DNA from: a virus
Lineage: Duplodnaviria; Caudoviricetes
IMG/VR virus record: IMGVR_UViG_3300009108_000480
Reading direction: 5' to 3' (one strand)
Length of the DNA stretch: 64,000 bases
Shown piece after piece: positions 1 through 10,139 of the stretch; the first letter of the stretch is position 1, and each line of letters starts with the position of its first letter. The notes below the pieces were generated by a model that saw nothing but the letters and a program-made list of their open reading frames with translations, made no database searches and was not told the DNA's origin. Position numbers and translations under genes: made by a program.

Positions 1-2
1 GA

Positions 3-500
3 GATTCGTGTACAAGATATTCAAATGCTGTATTGGATATAAAAACTAAACCCCCTATTATTAAAGAATCAAAAATATCACACGCACTTTATATTAATAA
101 ATTACCAGATACAACTTTTTTAAGCAAATTACCTGGCATAATATCAGCTGACGTATGTGCAGGTAAAAAAGTCGACGAAAATTTATTACAATACTTAGAT
201 TATTTTTTTATTTCCGACGAAGATGCATTTGCTGATATTACTACAATGGCTAAACTTACAAAAGGTTGGATAATATTACATACAAATAAAAGTAGTGTAA
301 TTTCAGACGGAACAACTGAAAAAAAATATAAACTAGACAACTCTTTATTTGTACCAAATAGTAATATACTTGGTGCTGGCGATATGTTTGCTAGTTGTTT
401 TTTATACGCCATACATACAAATAGAGAAGTTGTTGAAGCTGTGTCATATGCACACGAAACAACAAGTAAATTAATAAAAAAAGAAAATGAAAAAATATAA
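3..500 (+). CDS. PfkB/ribokinase-family sugar kinase, C-terminal part (5' truncated by window)
   Basis: Frame is open from position 3; PfkB C-terminal signature NILGAGDMFAS. Confidence 0.7.
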   Translation, partial: DSCTRYSNAVLDIKTKPPIIKESKISHALYINKLPDTTFLSKLPGIISADVCAGKKVDENLLQYLDYFFISDEDAFADITTMAKLTKGWIILHTNKSSVISDGTTEKKYKLDNSLFVPNSNILGAGDMFASCFLYAIHTNREVVEAVSYAHETTSKLIKKENEKI

Positions 501-1641
501 TTTATTATTACCAATCGCAGGCAAGGCTCAAAGATTTATTGATGCTGGTTATAGAATGCCCAAACCTTTAATACTTGCTAAAAACAAACACGTAATTGAT
601 TGGGCATTAGATTCAGTTGATTTATCTCAATGTAATTTAATTTTTATAGTAAGAGTAGATCATATCTATAACTTTTCAATTGATAAAATTTTAAAACAAA
701 AGTTTGGAAATGATATTACAATAGTTACAATAGATAAAGTAACTCGAGGTGCTCTTGAAACTTGTACACTTGCTAAAGAACATATTAGTAACGATTTACC
801 TTTAATAATATACACACCGGATGTTCATTTTGGACCACAATTTAATCCAAATAGTATAGACAAAGATGCCGATGGATTCCTTTTAACATTTACAGCTAAC
901 AGTCCTGATCACAGTTATTCTGATTACAACGAAGATGGTATAGTAACAAAAGTGGTTGAAAAAGAAGTCATATCTAAAGAAGCCAACGTAGGTTTATACT
1001 ATTTCCGTACAGGAAAAATGTTTTTACAATATGCAAAAGAAATGATTGACAATAATATTTTAGTTAGAAATGAATTTTATATTGCACCTATATATAACTT
1101 AATGATACGAGATGAATTAAAAGTTACAGCACACAATACAGAAAAAATGCACGTACTTGGAACACCTGCACAATTTGAATTCTTTGTAGACAAAGTTATA
1201 AACAGATTTGGTTCTAAACCAATTGCATTAGCAAGTGATCACTCAGGTTTTGACGCTAAAGCCATTACTATAAAAATATTACAAGAAAAAGGAATTCCTG
1301 TTATTGACGTTGGAACTTTTACAGACAAGGCTTGTGACTATGCTGATTATGTTTCACAAGTAACAGCATTAATTAATAAAAATGATTGCAGTCATGGTAT
1401 ATCTTTCTGTCGCTCAGGACAAGGTGCTAATATTGCCGCTAATAAAGTTAAGGGCATAATTTCTGGTTTAACTTTTGATGAATATACTGCGGAATATGCC
1501 GTAAAACATAATTGTTGTAATCACTTTTCAGTTCCATCAAAATATGTTAATAAGAGAATGCTTACAAAAATGATAGAAATTTGGTTAAACACTTCTTTTG
1601 ATGGTGGAAGACACTTTACAAGACTTAATAAGTTATTATGA
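487..1641 (+). CDS. Sugar nucleotidyltransferase fused to C-terminal ribose-5-phosphate isomerase B (RpiB) domain
   Basis: N-terminal LLPIAGKAQRF..GY..PKPLI (NTP_transferase); C-terminal IALASDHSGF, DYADY, FCRSGQG..IAANKVKGI, FDGGRH (RpiB motifs). Confidence 0.85.
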   Translation: MKKYNLLLPIAGKAQRFIDAGYRMPKPLILAKNKHVIDWALDSVDLSQCNLIFIVRVDHIYNFSIDKILKQKFGNDITIVTIDKVTRGALETCTLAKEHISNDLPLIIYTPDVHFGPQFNPNSIDKDADGFLLTFTANSPDHSYSDYNEDGIVTKVVEKEVISKEANVGLYYFRTGKMFLQYAKEMIDNNILVRNEFYIAPIYNLMIRDELKVTAHNTEKMHVLGTPAQFEFFVDKVINRFGSKPIALASDHSGFDAKAITIKILQEKGIPVIDVGTFTDKACDYADYVSQVTALINKNDCSHGISFCRSGQGANIAANKVKGIISGLTFDEYTAEYAVKHNCCNHFSVPSKYVNKRMLTKMIEIWLNTSFDGGRHFTRLNKLL

Positions 1642-2270
1642 TCATAAACTCAGATAAAAAATATGTTTTTGTCTGCGTTCCAAAAACTGCAACAACTTCT
1701 CTACACAAATTTTTAGTAAAAGCTGACAATATGCCAATAAAAAAAGTTAAAAACGAATGGGCTGGCGATAAATGGCATTGGCCAATGTCAAATATAATCA
1801 ACGAATATCAAAATTTAAATTTTAAAGAGTATTATAAATTTGCTTTTCATAGAAATCCATGGGACAGACTTGTATCATCATTAATAGAATTTACATCCGA
1901 TAAAGGACACATAACAACATGGGCAAAAGAGTTATGTAATTATAAAAATTTTGAAGAATTTATATTAGATTTACCAAATAGTCAATGGAAAGACGAAATA
2001 CATTTTCAACCAACAACATATTATACGTATAGCAATGGCAAAAAGATTGTAGATTTTATAGGACGATACGATAATATGCAAACAGACTTACAAAAAGTGT
2101 TTAAAAAAATTGAGTGTAGCATTCAAGCATTTAATTCAGGACGAAAATGGAGAAAGGCTAACAGAGACAAAAATTATAAAAAATATTATACTAACGACAA
2201 AATGATTAACATCGTAGGCGATTTATTTCATGAAGATATAGTAACATTTGGAGATAAATTTGATGACTGA
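1638..2270 (+). CDS. Sulfotransferase family 2 protein
   Basis: FVCVPKTATTSL 5'-PSB loop, RNPWDRLVSS 3'-PB motif, HFQP, DFIGRYDNM. Confidence 0.8.
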   Translation: MIINSDKKYVFVCVPKTATTSLHKFLVKADNMPIKKVKNEWAGDKWHWPMSNIINEYQNLNFKEYYKFAFHRNPWDRLVSSLIEFTSDKGHITTWAKELCNYKNFEEFILDLPNSQWKDEIHFQPTTYYTYSNGKKIVDFIGRYDNMQTDLQKVFKKIECSIQAFNSGRKWRKANRDKNYKKYYTNDKMINIVGDLFHEDIVTFGDKFDD

Positions 2271-3036
2271 TTGTATTTTACTATCTCACGTGTTTATTAA
2301 CAAAGATGAACAGCATAAAATTGATGCTGTTAATTTTACTGTACAACATTGGCGTAGACATAACCCTAATGCATATATTATACTAGTAGGACATGGTGAA
2401 ATTCCAAAAGAAAGCAAAGAATATGTTGATTGTTTTATTTGGAGACAACAAATAGAAGAAAAAGATATTAATGTTGGACATCCTTACTGTATTAATCTTG
2501 GATTGGATCATGCTAAAGAAAAAGGATTTGAAAAAATATTAAAATCGAGAGCAGATACAATACATTTAATAGAAGATATCTCTATATTCAGTAATAATCT
2601 TTTAAAAGATAAAAAAATATTAATAACACAACAAACTAATATTGATCGTATGGAAATGGGAGACCTTTTTATGTATGGCAATTTAAAATTTCTTAAAAAA
2701 TGTTGGAACATTAACACATGGTACCCAACTAAAACAGGATTAACTAGTTTAGCAAAAAACTTTTTCAATTTATGCAAAGAAGATAATTGGCGAGATGCAT
2801 TAATTAACAATACATCTTTTGTTAACATTTTTAATCTTAAATGGATTGATTTTAGAGCAAATTGGACAGAATTAAAAGATATGCAAGAACAAATGTTACA
2901 AAATAAATTAATAAACTTTGAAAAGTATTTGTGGGGATCAAAAGAACAATGGCACGTATGGAATAAAGAAGGAAATCTAATTTATACACATCCTAAAATA
3001 GGTAAAATAACTACAGAAAAGGATTGGCCTATATGA
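2263..3036 (+). CDS. Hypothetical protein, possibly GT-A glycosyltransferase-like
   Basis: ATG at 2263 overlaps upstream stop; ILKSRAD motif and GDLFMYG resemble GT-A-like phage proteins. Confidence 0.4.
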   Translation: MTDCILLSHVFINKDEQHKIDAVNFTVQHWRRHNPNAYIILVGHGEIPKESKEYVDCFIWRQQIEEKDINVGHPYCINLGLDHAKEKGFEKILKSRADTIHLIEDISIFSNNLLKDKKILITQQTNIDRMEMGDLFMYGNLKFLKKCWNINTWYPTKTGLTSLAKNFFNLCKEDNWRDALINNTSFVNIFNLKWIDFRANWTELKDMQEQMLQNKLINFEKYLWGSKEQWHVWNKEGNLIYTHPKIGKITTEKDWPI

Positions 3037-3758
3037 TAGCAGTTTGCGTTTCTGGAATATCAAGTTTTACACCAGAATATGAAAAGGTTATAGAATTACA
3101 AAGAAAAGTTTTTCCTTACGACTTCTTCTTTCAACAATGGGAAGGTTATCCAAAGCCTAATGTTCCTAATTGTTTATTTGTTCCTGAGCCTAAATGGGAT
3201 TATCATGTTATGGAAGACGTAAAAGTAAAGCCTGACTGTAATATTTTTAGAAGATATACTAAAAAGCCTGACGGGAAAATGTATAGAAAAAAAAGATTAT
3301 ATACACAATTTAAACACTCTGCAAATCAACAACTTGCACACGCACATTTAGTTGCAAGTTTACCTGAAAAATATAAAACAATAATAAGATTAAGATTTGA
3401 TACACTAGTTTCTACAAAAGTTGACTTTGCTCCTTATATTAAATTAGCAGAAGAAGGCTGGGTTATAGGTTTTGATTGTGGACAAGCACCAGGTGGTAAT
3501 CCTGGTCCTGGTCATAAACTAGAAGAACAACCACAGAATTTACAACCATGGAGAATATGGGATCATATTCAATTCCACCCAAGAGATCGATTAAAAAATG
3601 TTTTAGAAATGAAAGAAAAGCAAGAATTAAATGGGTCTGAATGGGGTTGGTATCAAATATATGCTTATCAATTTAATAATATGAAATATAAAAATGTATT
3701 TGGTGGTGAATCAATTGTTAAATGGACCAAACAACCATTGCAATGGAATACATTTTAA
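3033..3758 (+). CDS. Hypothetical protein, possibly glycosyltransferase-like
   Basis: ATGA overlap at 3033; IIRLRFD motif. Confidence 0.4.
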   Translation: MIAVCVSGISSFTPEYEKVIELQRKVFPYDFFFQQWEGYPKPNVPNCLFVPEPKWDYHVMEDVKVKPDCNIFRRYTKKPDGKMYRKKRLYTQFKHSANQQLAHAHLVASLPEKYKTIIRLRFDTLVSTKVDFAPYIKLAEEGWVIGFDCGQAPGGNPGPGHKLEEQPQNLQPWRIWDHIQFHPRDRLKNVLEMKEKQELNGSEWGWYQIYAYQFNNMKYKNVFGGESIVKWTKQPLQWNTF

Positions 3759-3771
3759 GTTATAATAAATC

Positions 3772-4176
3772 ATGGGACAAATAGAAGATTTACAAACAAA
3801 AGGTTTTGGCTCTCATGGTGGCTTGGTAAACATATACCATGGAGAAATAGAACCGTTAGGTAAAAGAGTCCTTGTAGAAGGTATGCAATTTGGAGAAACT
3901 AAAACTAAAGGTGGACTTATTTTAGTTGATGACGATGGAGCGACTCGAGGCATACACCCACGATGGGCTAAAGTTTATGCTATTGGAAAAAGACAAGAAG
4001 ATGTTAAAGTAGGTGAATGGATTTTAATATCTCATGGCAGATGGTCCCGTGCTCTTATACTTGTTGACAAAAATAATATTAAACATGAAATAAGAATGAT
4101 TGATGAAGACGACATTCTTATGATATCAGATGATGAGCCAGAACATAACACAAAATTTTCCGAATATTCCAAATAA
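3772..4176 (+). CDS. groES: GroES-like co-chaperonin
   Basis: IEPLGKRVLV...ETKTKGGLIL mobile loop, KVYAIG, VKVGEWIL. Confidence 0.8.
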   Translation: MGQIEDLQTKGFGSHGGLVNIYHGEIEPLGKRVLVEGMQFGETKTKGGLILVDDDGATRGIHPRWAKVYAIGKRQEDVKVGEWILISHGRWSRALILVDKNNIKHEIRMIDEDDILMISDDEPEHNTKFSEYSK

Positions 4177-4399
4177 ATTTGAATGTGGACAATGTGGTAT
4201 ACACTTTGACAAAGCTACATATTGGTTTGATTCCTTATACGCCGCCAATTGGCCTATAAGAGAAATAATTCCTTTTTGTAGTCCTAAATGTGTACAAGAA
4301 TGGTATGAAAAAACAGGTGCAATTGATTGGCCTTTACGTGAACCAAAAGATTATCCTAAAGAACAAAGCTGGAAACCTACACAACAAATATTTCCATGA
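4130..4399 (+). CDS. Small Cys-rich (CxxC...CxxxC) protein
   Basis: CGQC and CSPKC pairs, zinc-finger-like. Confidence 0.45.
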   Translation: MMSQNITQNFPNIPNKFECGQCGIHFDKATYWFDSLYAANWPIREIIPFCSPKCVQEWYEKTGAIDWPLREPKDYPKEQSWKPTQQIFP

Positions 4400-4767
4400 A
4401 AAGTATTATAATTGATGTTAAAAAAATTGTTACTCTAGCTGAAATAGGACTAGGTGCTGAACGTCCATTAAACAAAGAAAAACGTTATTGGATTAAAAAA
4501 CTTTCCAAACAAAAAAACCAAAAACCTATCCTAGTATCACAAATTAAAGATTCAAACTATTATATATTATGTGATGGTTGGCATAGACTACAAGCAGTTT
4601 TAAAACAAAAGAAACGAATAATTAGAGGTATTCCTATACCAATTAAAGCAGGATTACAACTTGCAAGAGCAAACAAGATTCTCCGAGACGTTGATAAGGA
4701 TTTTAACTACAAATTAAAGGTATCTGGTATTATTAACGACTGGGCTCAAGATCAAATTGACAAATAA
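4396..4767 (+). CDS. ParB/Srx N-terminal-like domain protein
   Basis: KPILV...YILCDGWHRLQA motif. Confidence 0.65.
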   Translation: MKSIIIDVKKIVTLAEIGLGAERPLNKEKRYWIKKLSKQKNQKPILVSQIKDSNYYILCDGWHRLQAVLKQKKRIIRGIPIPIKAGLQLARANKILRDVDKDFNYKLKVSGIINDWAQDQIDK

Positions 4768-4785
4768 CAATAACTTGTATATTAT
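4757..4785 (+). promoter_or_regulatory. Sigma70-type promoter of clamp loader gene
   Basis: TTGACA (4757-4762), 17 nt, TATTAT (4780-4785); ATG 6 nt later. Confidence 0.7.
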
Positions 4786-4791
4786 TAGTAA

Positions 4792-5721
4792 ATGAAAGAA
4801 CTTTGGGTAGAAAAGTATAGACCAAAAACATTAAAAGAATATGTAGTTCGTGACGATGCACAACGACAACAAATACAATCTTGGATTACTGACAAAGCAA
4901 TTCCACATTTATTATTAAGTGGTGCTCCGGGTGTAGGTAAAACTACATTAGCAAAAGTATTGTTTAACGAACTTGAAGTAAGTGGTTATGATATATTAGA
5001 AATAAATGCTTCAAGAGAAAATAGTGTGGATACTGTTAGAGAAAAAATTAATAACTTTGTACAAATTATGCCATTTGGTGCATACAAATATGTATTACTA
5101 GATGAAGCAGATTATATGAGTCCAAATGGACAAGCGGCATTACGTGGTGTAATGGAAACATATCACACATCAGCAAGATTTATAATAACTTGCAATTATC
5201 CAAATAGAATTATTCCAGCATTACATAGTAGATGTCAAGGTTTCCATATGGAAGTAATTGATAAAACAGAATTTACAGCAAGAGTGGCAGAAATATTAAT
5301 TGCAGAACAAATGGAACCAGATTTAGAAACACTAGACACGTATGTTAAAGCAACATATCCAGATTTAAGAAAATGTATTAATATGATACAACAAAATTGC
5401 AGAGATGGCAAACTTATGCCACCAGCAAGTGGTGATAGTGGACAACAAGATTATAGATTACAAATGGTTGAATTGTTTAAAGCAGGTAAAATTAATGAGG
5501 CACGAAAACTTGTATGTGCTCAAGCAAGACCAGAAGAGTGTGAAGAGATATATAGATGGTTATATGACAATTTAGATATTATATCCAAAGACGAAGATCA
5601 ACAAGATAAAGCAGTACTAATTATTAAACAAGGATTAGTAGATCATTCATTTGTTGCAGACCCAGAAATTAATTTAGCAAGTGTTATGATTAAACTAGCA
5701 AGATTAAACAATGGGCAGTAA
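4792..5721 (+). CDS. Clamp loader AAA+ subunit (T4 gp44/RFC small subunit-like)
   Basis: LWVEKYRP, Walker A GAPGVGKT, LEINAS, DEAD Walker B, SRC motif. Confidence 0.95.
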   Translation: MKELWVEKYRPKTLKEYVVRDDAQRQQIQSWITDKAIPHLLLSGAPGVGKTTLAKVLFNELEVSGYDILEINASRENSVDTVREKINNFVQIMPFGAYKYVLLDEADYMSPNGQAALRGVMETYHTSARFIITCNYPNRIIPALHSRCQGFHMEVIDKTEFTARVAEILIAEQMEPDLETLDTYVKATYPDLRKCINMIQQNCRDGKLMPPASGDSGQQDYRLQMVELFKAGKINEARKLVCAQARPEECEEIYRWLYDNLDIISKDEDQQDKAVLIIKQGLVDHSFVADPEINLASVMIKLARLNNGQ

Positions 5722-5989
5722 ACATAACAAAAAACGATTTTTTTGCGTAAAATACAACATTAAACCCGATAAAAAGTTTGACGAATTTGTTGAACTATCA
5801 AAAAAGAAACTTGGTACAGGAAAAATGCTAGAATATACTGTAATATTAGATCTAGTAAATGAAAAGGTATTAAAGTGTGAACTTCCTGGTATACCTTTAT
5901 CCGAGAGGGATAATATTCCTTATGAAAAAGTAATTAATTACTACCGCAAGTACTATTCCGAAGCTATTAATCAGTTTTTAGCATCTTAG
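5711..5989 (+). CDS. Hypothetical protein
   Basis: Coupled ORF, no recognised motif. Confidence 0.6.
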   Translation: MGSKHNKKRFFCVKYNIKPDKKFDEFVELSKKKLGTGKMLEYTVILDLVNEKVLKCELPGIPLSERDNIPYEKVINYYRKYYSEAINQFLAS

Positions 5990-6012
5990 TTTAATCGCTA
6001 AATAATAACATT

Positions 6013-6492
6013 ATGCATGATGTACTCGATATAATCAAAAATATACAATCTTTGTACGCCGTAGGCCCTACTTTGGGCATATTGAAGGACTTTGAACGAG
6101 TTATAGACGAATTAGACGTTTATGTTTTTAAGAACTGGCAAGACGGAGAATTACTTACAGGACCAGTAGATCACAGACATTTTGTTGAATGTTCTTTTAT
6201 GTGGCCTGAAGATCAAATGCCTGATCCATCAGGAGGTAAACGATTATTAGATAGAGGTTGTAAAGTTACATTTGAAAAAGATACATTATTTAAACCAAGA
6301 GAAATTAAAGGACCAGAAGATTATCGACCAGGCACAGTAAAAGGTAAAATTGATGGACACGGAATTTGGGTCGTGAATATTAAAATGCCAAAAGAATTAA
6401 TTGGCAATTTAAAACATGGTAAAGATGACGTAGAAAGCCAAGACGAAACAGACATTATGCCTGATAATCTAAATACAGCAGATGCACTTTAA
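6013..6492 (+). CDS. Hypothetical phage protein
   Basis: Preceded by TAAATA box (5999-6004). Confidence 0.65.
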   Translation: MHDVLDIIKNIQSLYAVGPTLGILKDFERVIDELDVYVFKNWQDGELLTGPVDHRHFVECSFMWPEDQMPDPSGGKRLLDRGCKVTFEKDTLFKPREIKGPEDYRPGTVKGKIDGHGIWVVNIKMPKELIGNLKHGKDDVESQDETDIMPDNLNTADAL

Positions 6493-7222
6493 CGAAGGAT
6501 TAAAAGCCGGTGATTTAGAAGGCGTTGTAGATAAACGTTTTTCAGTAGATCAATATAAATCAAAAATGGGTGATGACAGGAACATTATGGTTCTTGCCTT
6601 CTCTGTTAGTGGCCTAGAACCTGCGAAAGATTTAGAACGTTTTGCAGAAACAGGATACAAAGAAATATTAGATGCAGACGCTACACCTGGAACAGTAATG
6701 GATGGCAAACATAGAGTATTTGTAGAATTTGCAAGAGTAGAAACAGTTGATCAACATATTATAAAATTTTTAGAAGATTTAAAAAAATTAACAAACATAG
6801 AAACATTTGAATTTACATATCATAAAAGATCAGTACCATTTGAAGCATCTGCAAAAAATTTAGCAGATGTATTACCAAGAACACCTATAGCATATACAAA
6901 AAAAGTTAATTCACTAAGATTAGGCGAAGTAAAAGATTTCTTTGACAAATTTGCTATGATGGAATTTAAATTAGACAACAATATTATTTCGATTAAAAAA
7001 CACGGAACAAAAGATACATTAAAATTTGAATTACATTCATATGGTGAGTCACAAATGATACTAAAAGAAGTTAAAGCATTTACTATTGATCAAGATGCCA
7101 TGGCAGAATGCATACACCTAACCAAATACTTTGGACCATATAATATTACCAAAACTACTGAGGACAGATTCGTTTTTTCTAAAGGACAAAACTCTGTTCT
7201 GTTAAGTAAGTACAAATGGTAA
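6482..7222 (+). CDS. Hypothetical phage protein
   Basis: Preceded by TAAATA box (6470-6475). Confidence 0.65.
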   Translation: MHFNEGLKAGDLEGVVDKRFSVDQYKSKMGDDRNIMVLAFSVSGLEPAKDLERFAETGYKEILDADATPGTVMDGKHRVFVEFARVETVDQHIIKFLEDLKKLTNIETFEFTYHKRSVPFEASAKNLADVLPRTPIAYTKKVNSLRLGEVKDFFDKFAMMEFKLDNNIISIKKHGTKDTLKFELHSYGESQMILKEVKAFTIDQDAMAECIHLTKYFGPYNITKTTEDRFVFSKGQNSVLLSKYKW

Positions 7223-7680
7223 GATTAAGCACAAATTTCACACTGGAAGAATTTACAAGAAGTCAAACCGCAATACGACAAAACATCGACAACACACCTA
7301 CCGAAGAACATATAGAAAATATGCAACTTCTATGTGAAATGGTCCTTCAGCCAGTTAGAAATCATTTTGGTCCAATAGCAATCAATTCGGGTTATAGAGG
7401 AGTAGTATTAAACAAAGCAATTGGAGGCTCTTGGAAATCTCAACATTGTGAAGGTAAAGCAGTTGATATTGAATGTCCAGGTACAGGTAATCGTTATGTA
7501 GCTGATTGGATTTCGGATAATTGTACCTTCGACCAAGTAATTCTTGAATTTCACACCCCAGGAATACCAGATTCGGGTTGGGTTCACGTTAGTTATAATC
7601 GTGGAGCAAACCGTATGCAACGTCTTAGAGCTGTAAAAGAGGACGGTAAAACAGTTTATAAAAACGGGCTCACAGAGTAG
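7216..7680 (+). CDS. Peptidase M15A endolysin-like protein
   Basis: LSTNFTLEEF, INSGYR, SQHCEGKAVD (H-x6-D), WVHVS zinc ligands. Confidence 0.9.
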   Translation: MVRLSTNFTLEEFTRSQTAIRQNIDNTPTEEHIENMQLLCEMVLQPVRNHFGPIAINSGYRGVVLNKAIGGSWKSQHCEGKAVDIECPGTGNRYVADWISDNCTFDQVILEFHTPGIPDSGWVHVSYNRGANRMQRLRAVKEDGKTVYKNGLTE

Positions 7681-7695
7681 TTAAATACATACATT

Positions 7696-8169
7696 ATGTT
7701 TGGACAAATAAGAATGGTTATTACCCTGGTTATGATCATGGGTATCGCAGGTGCAGGTATGTATGTTTTCAAATTGAGAGCAGACAACGCCGTTCTTAAA
7801 ACAAATCAAATAAAACTAGAACAAAGTATTGAGTCGCAAACTAAACTATTAGAACAACAAAAAGCAGATTTTGAAGCAATCCTTGAAAGCAATAAAAAAT
7901 TAAACGAATTAATACAAACATTTAAAAAAGATTTAGAAGATTTAGATAAAAGATTTACCAAAAAGAACAGAGATGTTGGAAAACTAGCAATAGACAGAAC
8001 AAAAGCAGTTGAAAGAATTATAAACAAAGGTGCCAAAAATGCTCAAAGATGTATTGAGTTGGCTTCAGGCGCCGAACACACAGAAGCAGAATTAAAAGCA
8101 ACTTTAAAATCGGAGATAAACCCGGAATGCCCGGCGTTAGCAAACCCAAGTTATGTACCATATCAATAA
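7696..8169 (+). CDS. Rz-like inner-membrane spanin
   Basis: N-terminal TM helix, long coiled coil, C-terminal Cys; follows endolysin and overlaps a lipoprotein gene. Confidence 0.7.
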   Translation: MFGQIRMVITLVMIMGIAGAGMYVFKLRADNAVLKTNQIKLEQSIESQTKLLEQQKADFEAILESNKKLNELIQTFKKDLEDLDKRFTKKNRDVGKLAIDRTKAVERIINKGAKNAQRCIELASGAEHTEAELKATLKSEINPECPALANPSYVPYQ

Positions 8170-8518
8170 AATATTTGCAGTAGCACTAATTATTTTCCTT
8201 ACTAGTTGCAGTATTGGTGGTGAAAAGAAAATTAAAATATTTCAAGTAGAAGAACCTAGAAAAAATCTAGATTATCCAATGCCAACTGCATTACAACTTG
8301 AAGAAATTAAATGGATTATTATTACAAGTGAAAATGCAGAAGAAGTATTTGCTAAACTAGAAGCGGCAGGAATTGATCCTGTACTATTTGGAGTAACAGA
8401 TAAAGATTTTCAAGTACTTGCTAAAAACTTTGCACAGATAAGACAAAAATTACAAGAAACAACTAACTTACTAGAAGAATACAAAAAATATTACGAGACA
8501 GATGAGAATTCTAACTAA
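8153..8518 (+). CDS. Rz1-like outer-membrane spanin lipoprotein
   Basis: Signal peptide ending in lipobox LTSC; overlaps i-spanin 3' end. Confidence 0.7.
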   Translation: MYHINKIFAVALIIFLTSCSIGGEKKIKIFQVEEPRKNLDYPMPTALQLEEIKWIIITSENAEEVFAKLEAAGIDPVLFGVTDKDFQVLAKNFAQIRQKLQETTNLLEEYKKYYETDENSN

Positions 8519-8708
8519 CATATGGTATTGGATTGTAGGTTATCCTGCAGAACTGACTTATTGGTTTGAAGGAAGTGAAACTACATTACAAGTTCGTAAA
8601 TTTAAAGAAGTTAAACCTAACCATATTACATTTAAAAATATGGAAACTGAAAAATACGTTGTTGTTAAATCAGATCAACCAATCAAATATATTATAAGAG
8701 AAGAATAA
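8502..8708 (+). CDS. Hypothetical protein
   Basis: Coupled ORF. Confidence 0.55.
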   Translation: MRILTNIWYWIVGYPAELTYWFEGSETTLQVRKFKEVKPNHITFKNMETEKYVVVKSDQPIKYIIREE

Positions 8709-9145
8709 TGTACGAATACAGATGTAAAGTATTAAAAGTAATAGACGGAGATACTGTTGATATTGATATCGACTTAGGTTTTGGTACGTGGATACGCAAT
8801 GAACGTGTTAGAATCATGGGCATAGACACACCCGAATCTAGAACAAGCAATGACATAGAAAAGAAGTTTGGATTAGCGGCTAAAAGTAGATTACAAGAGT
8901 TATTAGGTGAGACTGCTATTCTAAAAACACAGGTAAACAAAAAAGGCGAAGACATGAAGGGTAAGTTTGGACGAATCTTAGGAAATTTTGCAACTGAAGA
9001 CGGTCATAGTTGTGCAGATATACTTTGTGAAGAAGGCCATGCAGTAGCTTATTTTGGTGGTGCTAAAGAAGATGTACAGAAACAACACATTAAAAATAGA
9101 AAAAAACTTGTTAAACAAGGTATTGTAGAAGGCGCAATAGAATAA
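8708..9145 (+). CDS. Thermonuclease (SNase-like) family nuclease
   Basis: KVIDGDT, RVRIMGIDTPE, GKFGRILG motifs. Confidence 0.9.
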   Translation: MYEYRCKVLKVIDGDTVDIDIDLGFGTWIRNERVRIMGIDTPESRTSNDIEKKFGLAAKSRLQELLGETAILKTQVNKKGEDMKGKFGRILGNFATEDGHSCADILCEEGHAVAYFGGAKEDVQKQHIKNRKKLVKQGIVEGAIE

Positions 9146-9176
9146 ATATACGCATATAACTTAAAAAGGAAAAAAA

Positions 9177-9767
9177 ATGGAATTTATAATAGCACTTGCA
9201 ATGAAATTTTGGCAATGGACGTTAGTGATTGTTTTTATTCTAATAGGTTGGCTTATAAACGTATTAGATAAAAGAAAGCCACCTAAAGTAGAATTTACAT
9301 ATAAAGAATTTCCGCATATGCAACCATTAAAAATATCTACAAAAGGTATAGGATTTTTTAAAGGTATATTAATGTGGATATTATCAACAAGAAACTGGAC
9401 TGTCACAAAAGATTGGAACTACAACATAAACGGAACTGATTACGTGATACCTGCAGGATTTACATTTGATGGTGCAAGTATTCCAAAATTCCTAAGAACT
9501 TTTTTCTCTCCGGTTGGAGTATTATTAATGGGTGGACTTGTACACGACTACGGTTACAAGTATGCAACACTATTAAAGAAAAATAAAAAAGATACTATTG
9601 GCATTAAAGATCAAAAATGGATGGATAAAACATTCAGAGATATTAACATTTATGTTAACGGATTTTATACTATGAACTACTTGTCATATTGGTCATTAAG
9701 ACTTGGCGGTTTTATGGCATGGAACGGTCATAGAAAAAGAAATGCTAAAATCGAGAGCTTAAAATAA
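9177..9767 (+). CDS. DUF1353-like protein with N-terminal membrane anchor
   Basis: IPAGFTFDGASIP...LVHDYGY motif. Confidence 0.7.
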   Translation: MEFIIALAMKFWQWTLVIVFILIGWLINVLDKRKPPKVEFTYKEFPHMQPLKISTKGIGFFKGILMWILSTRNWTVTKDWNYNINGTDYVIPAGFTFDGASIPKFLRTFFSPVGVLLMGGLVHDYGYKYATLLKKNKKDTIGIKDQKWMDKTFRDINIYVNGFYTMNYLSYWSLRLGGFMAWNGHRKRNAKIESLK

Positions 9768-10090
9768 TGGCTGATGATTTAATTAAAGTTAAAAAAACAA
9801 CAGAAGAATACGAAGTACAAAAAAGCGACCTTATTCCTGATACTGGTGAAGACGCACCTACATGGTATAATAAATTAGCAGGTCTTATTGACAAGTTTAG
9901 AGTTATTCCTCGAATGGTGATGTTGGCTTACATCTTTGCTTTTTACACATCAGTAAAATGGTTTATGGGACTAACAGATCCAACCAATGCTCAAGCTATG
10001 TTTATATCAACAATAGTTGGTGCCGGCGCGGCATTCTTTGGACTATATGTCGGTAAACCGGGTGCAACACTTCCAAAAAACAAAAAATAA
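9767..10090 (+). CDS. Two-TM membrane protein, candidate holin
   Basis: Two hydrophobic segments, basic C-terminus, near the lysis genes. Confidence 0.4.
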   Translation: MADDLIKVKKTTEEYEVQKSDLIPDTGEDAPTWYNKLAGLIDKFRVIPRMVMLAYIFAFYTSVKWFMGLTDPTNAQAMFISTIVGAGAAFFGLYVGKPGATLPKNKK

Positions 10091-10100
10091 TTACCAAAAG

Positions 10101-10128
10101 TTGACAATTCACAGATCCGTAATATAAT
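10101..10128 (+). promoter_or_regulatory. Sigma70-type promoter of dnaJ-def-clpA block
   Basis: TTGACA (10101-10106), 16 nt, TATAAT (10123-10128). Confidence 0.7.
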
Positions 10129-10139
10129 AATTACTATAA

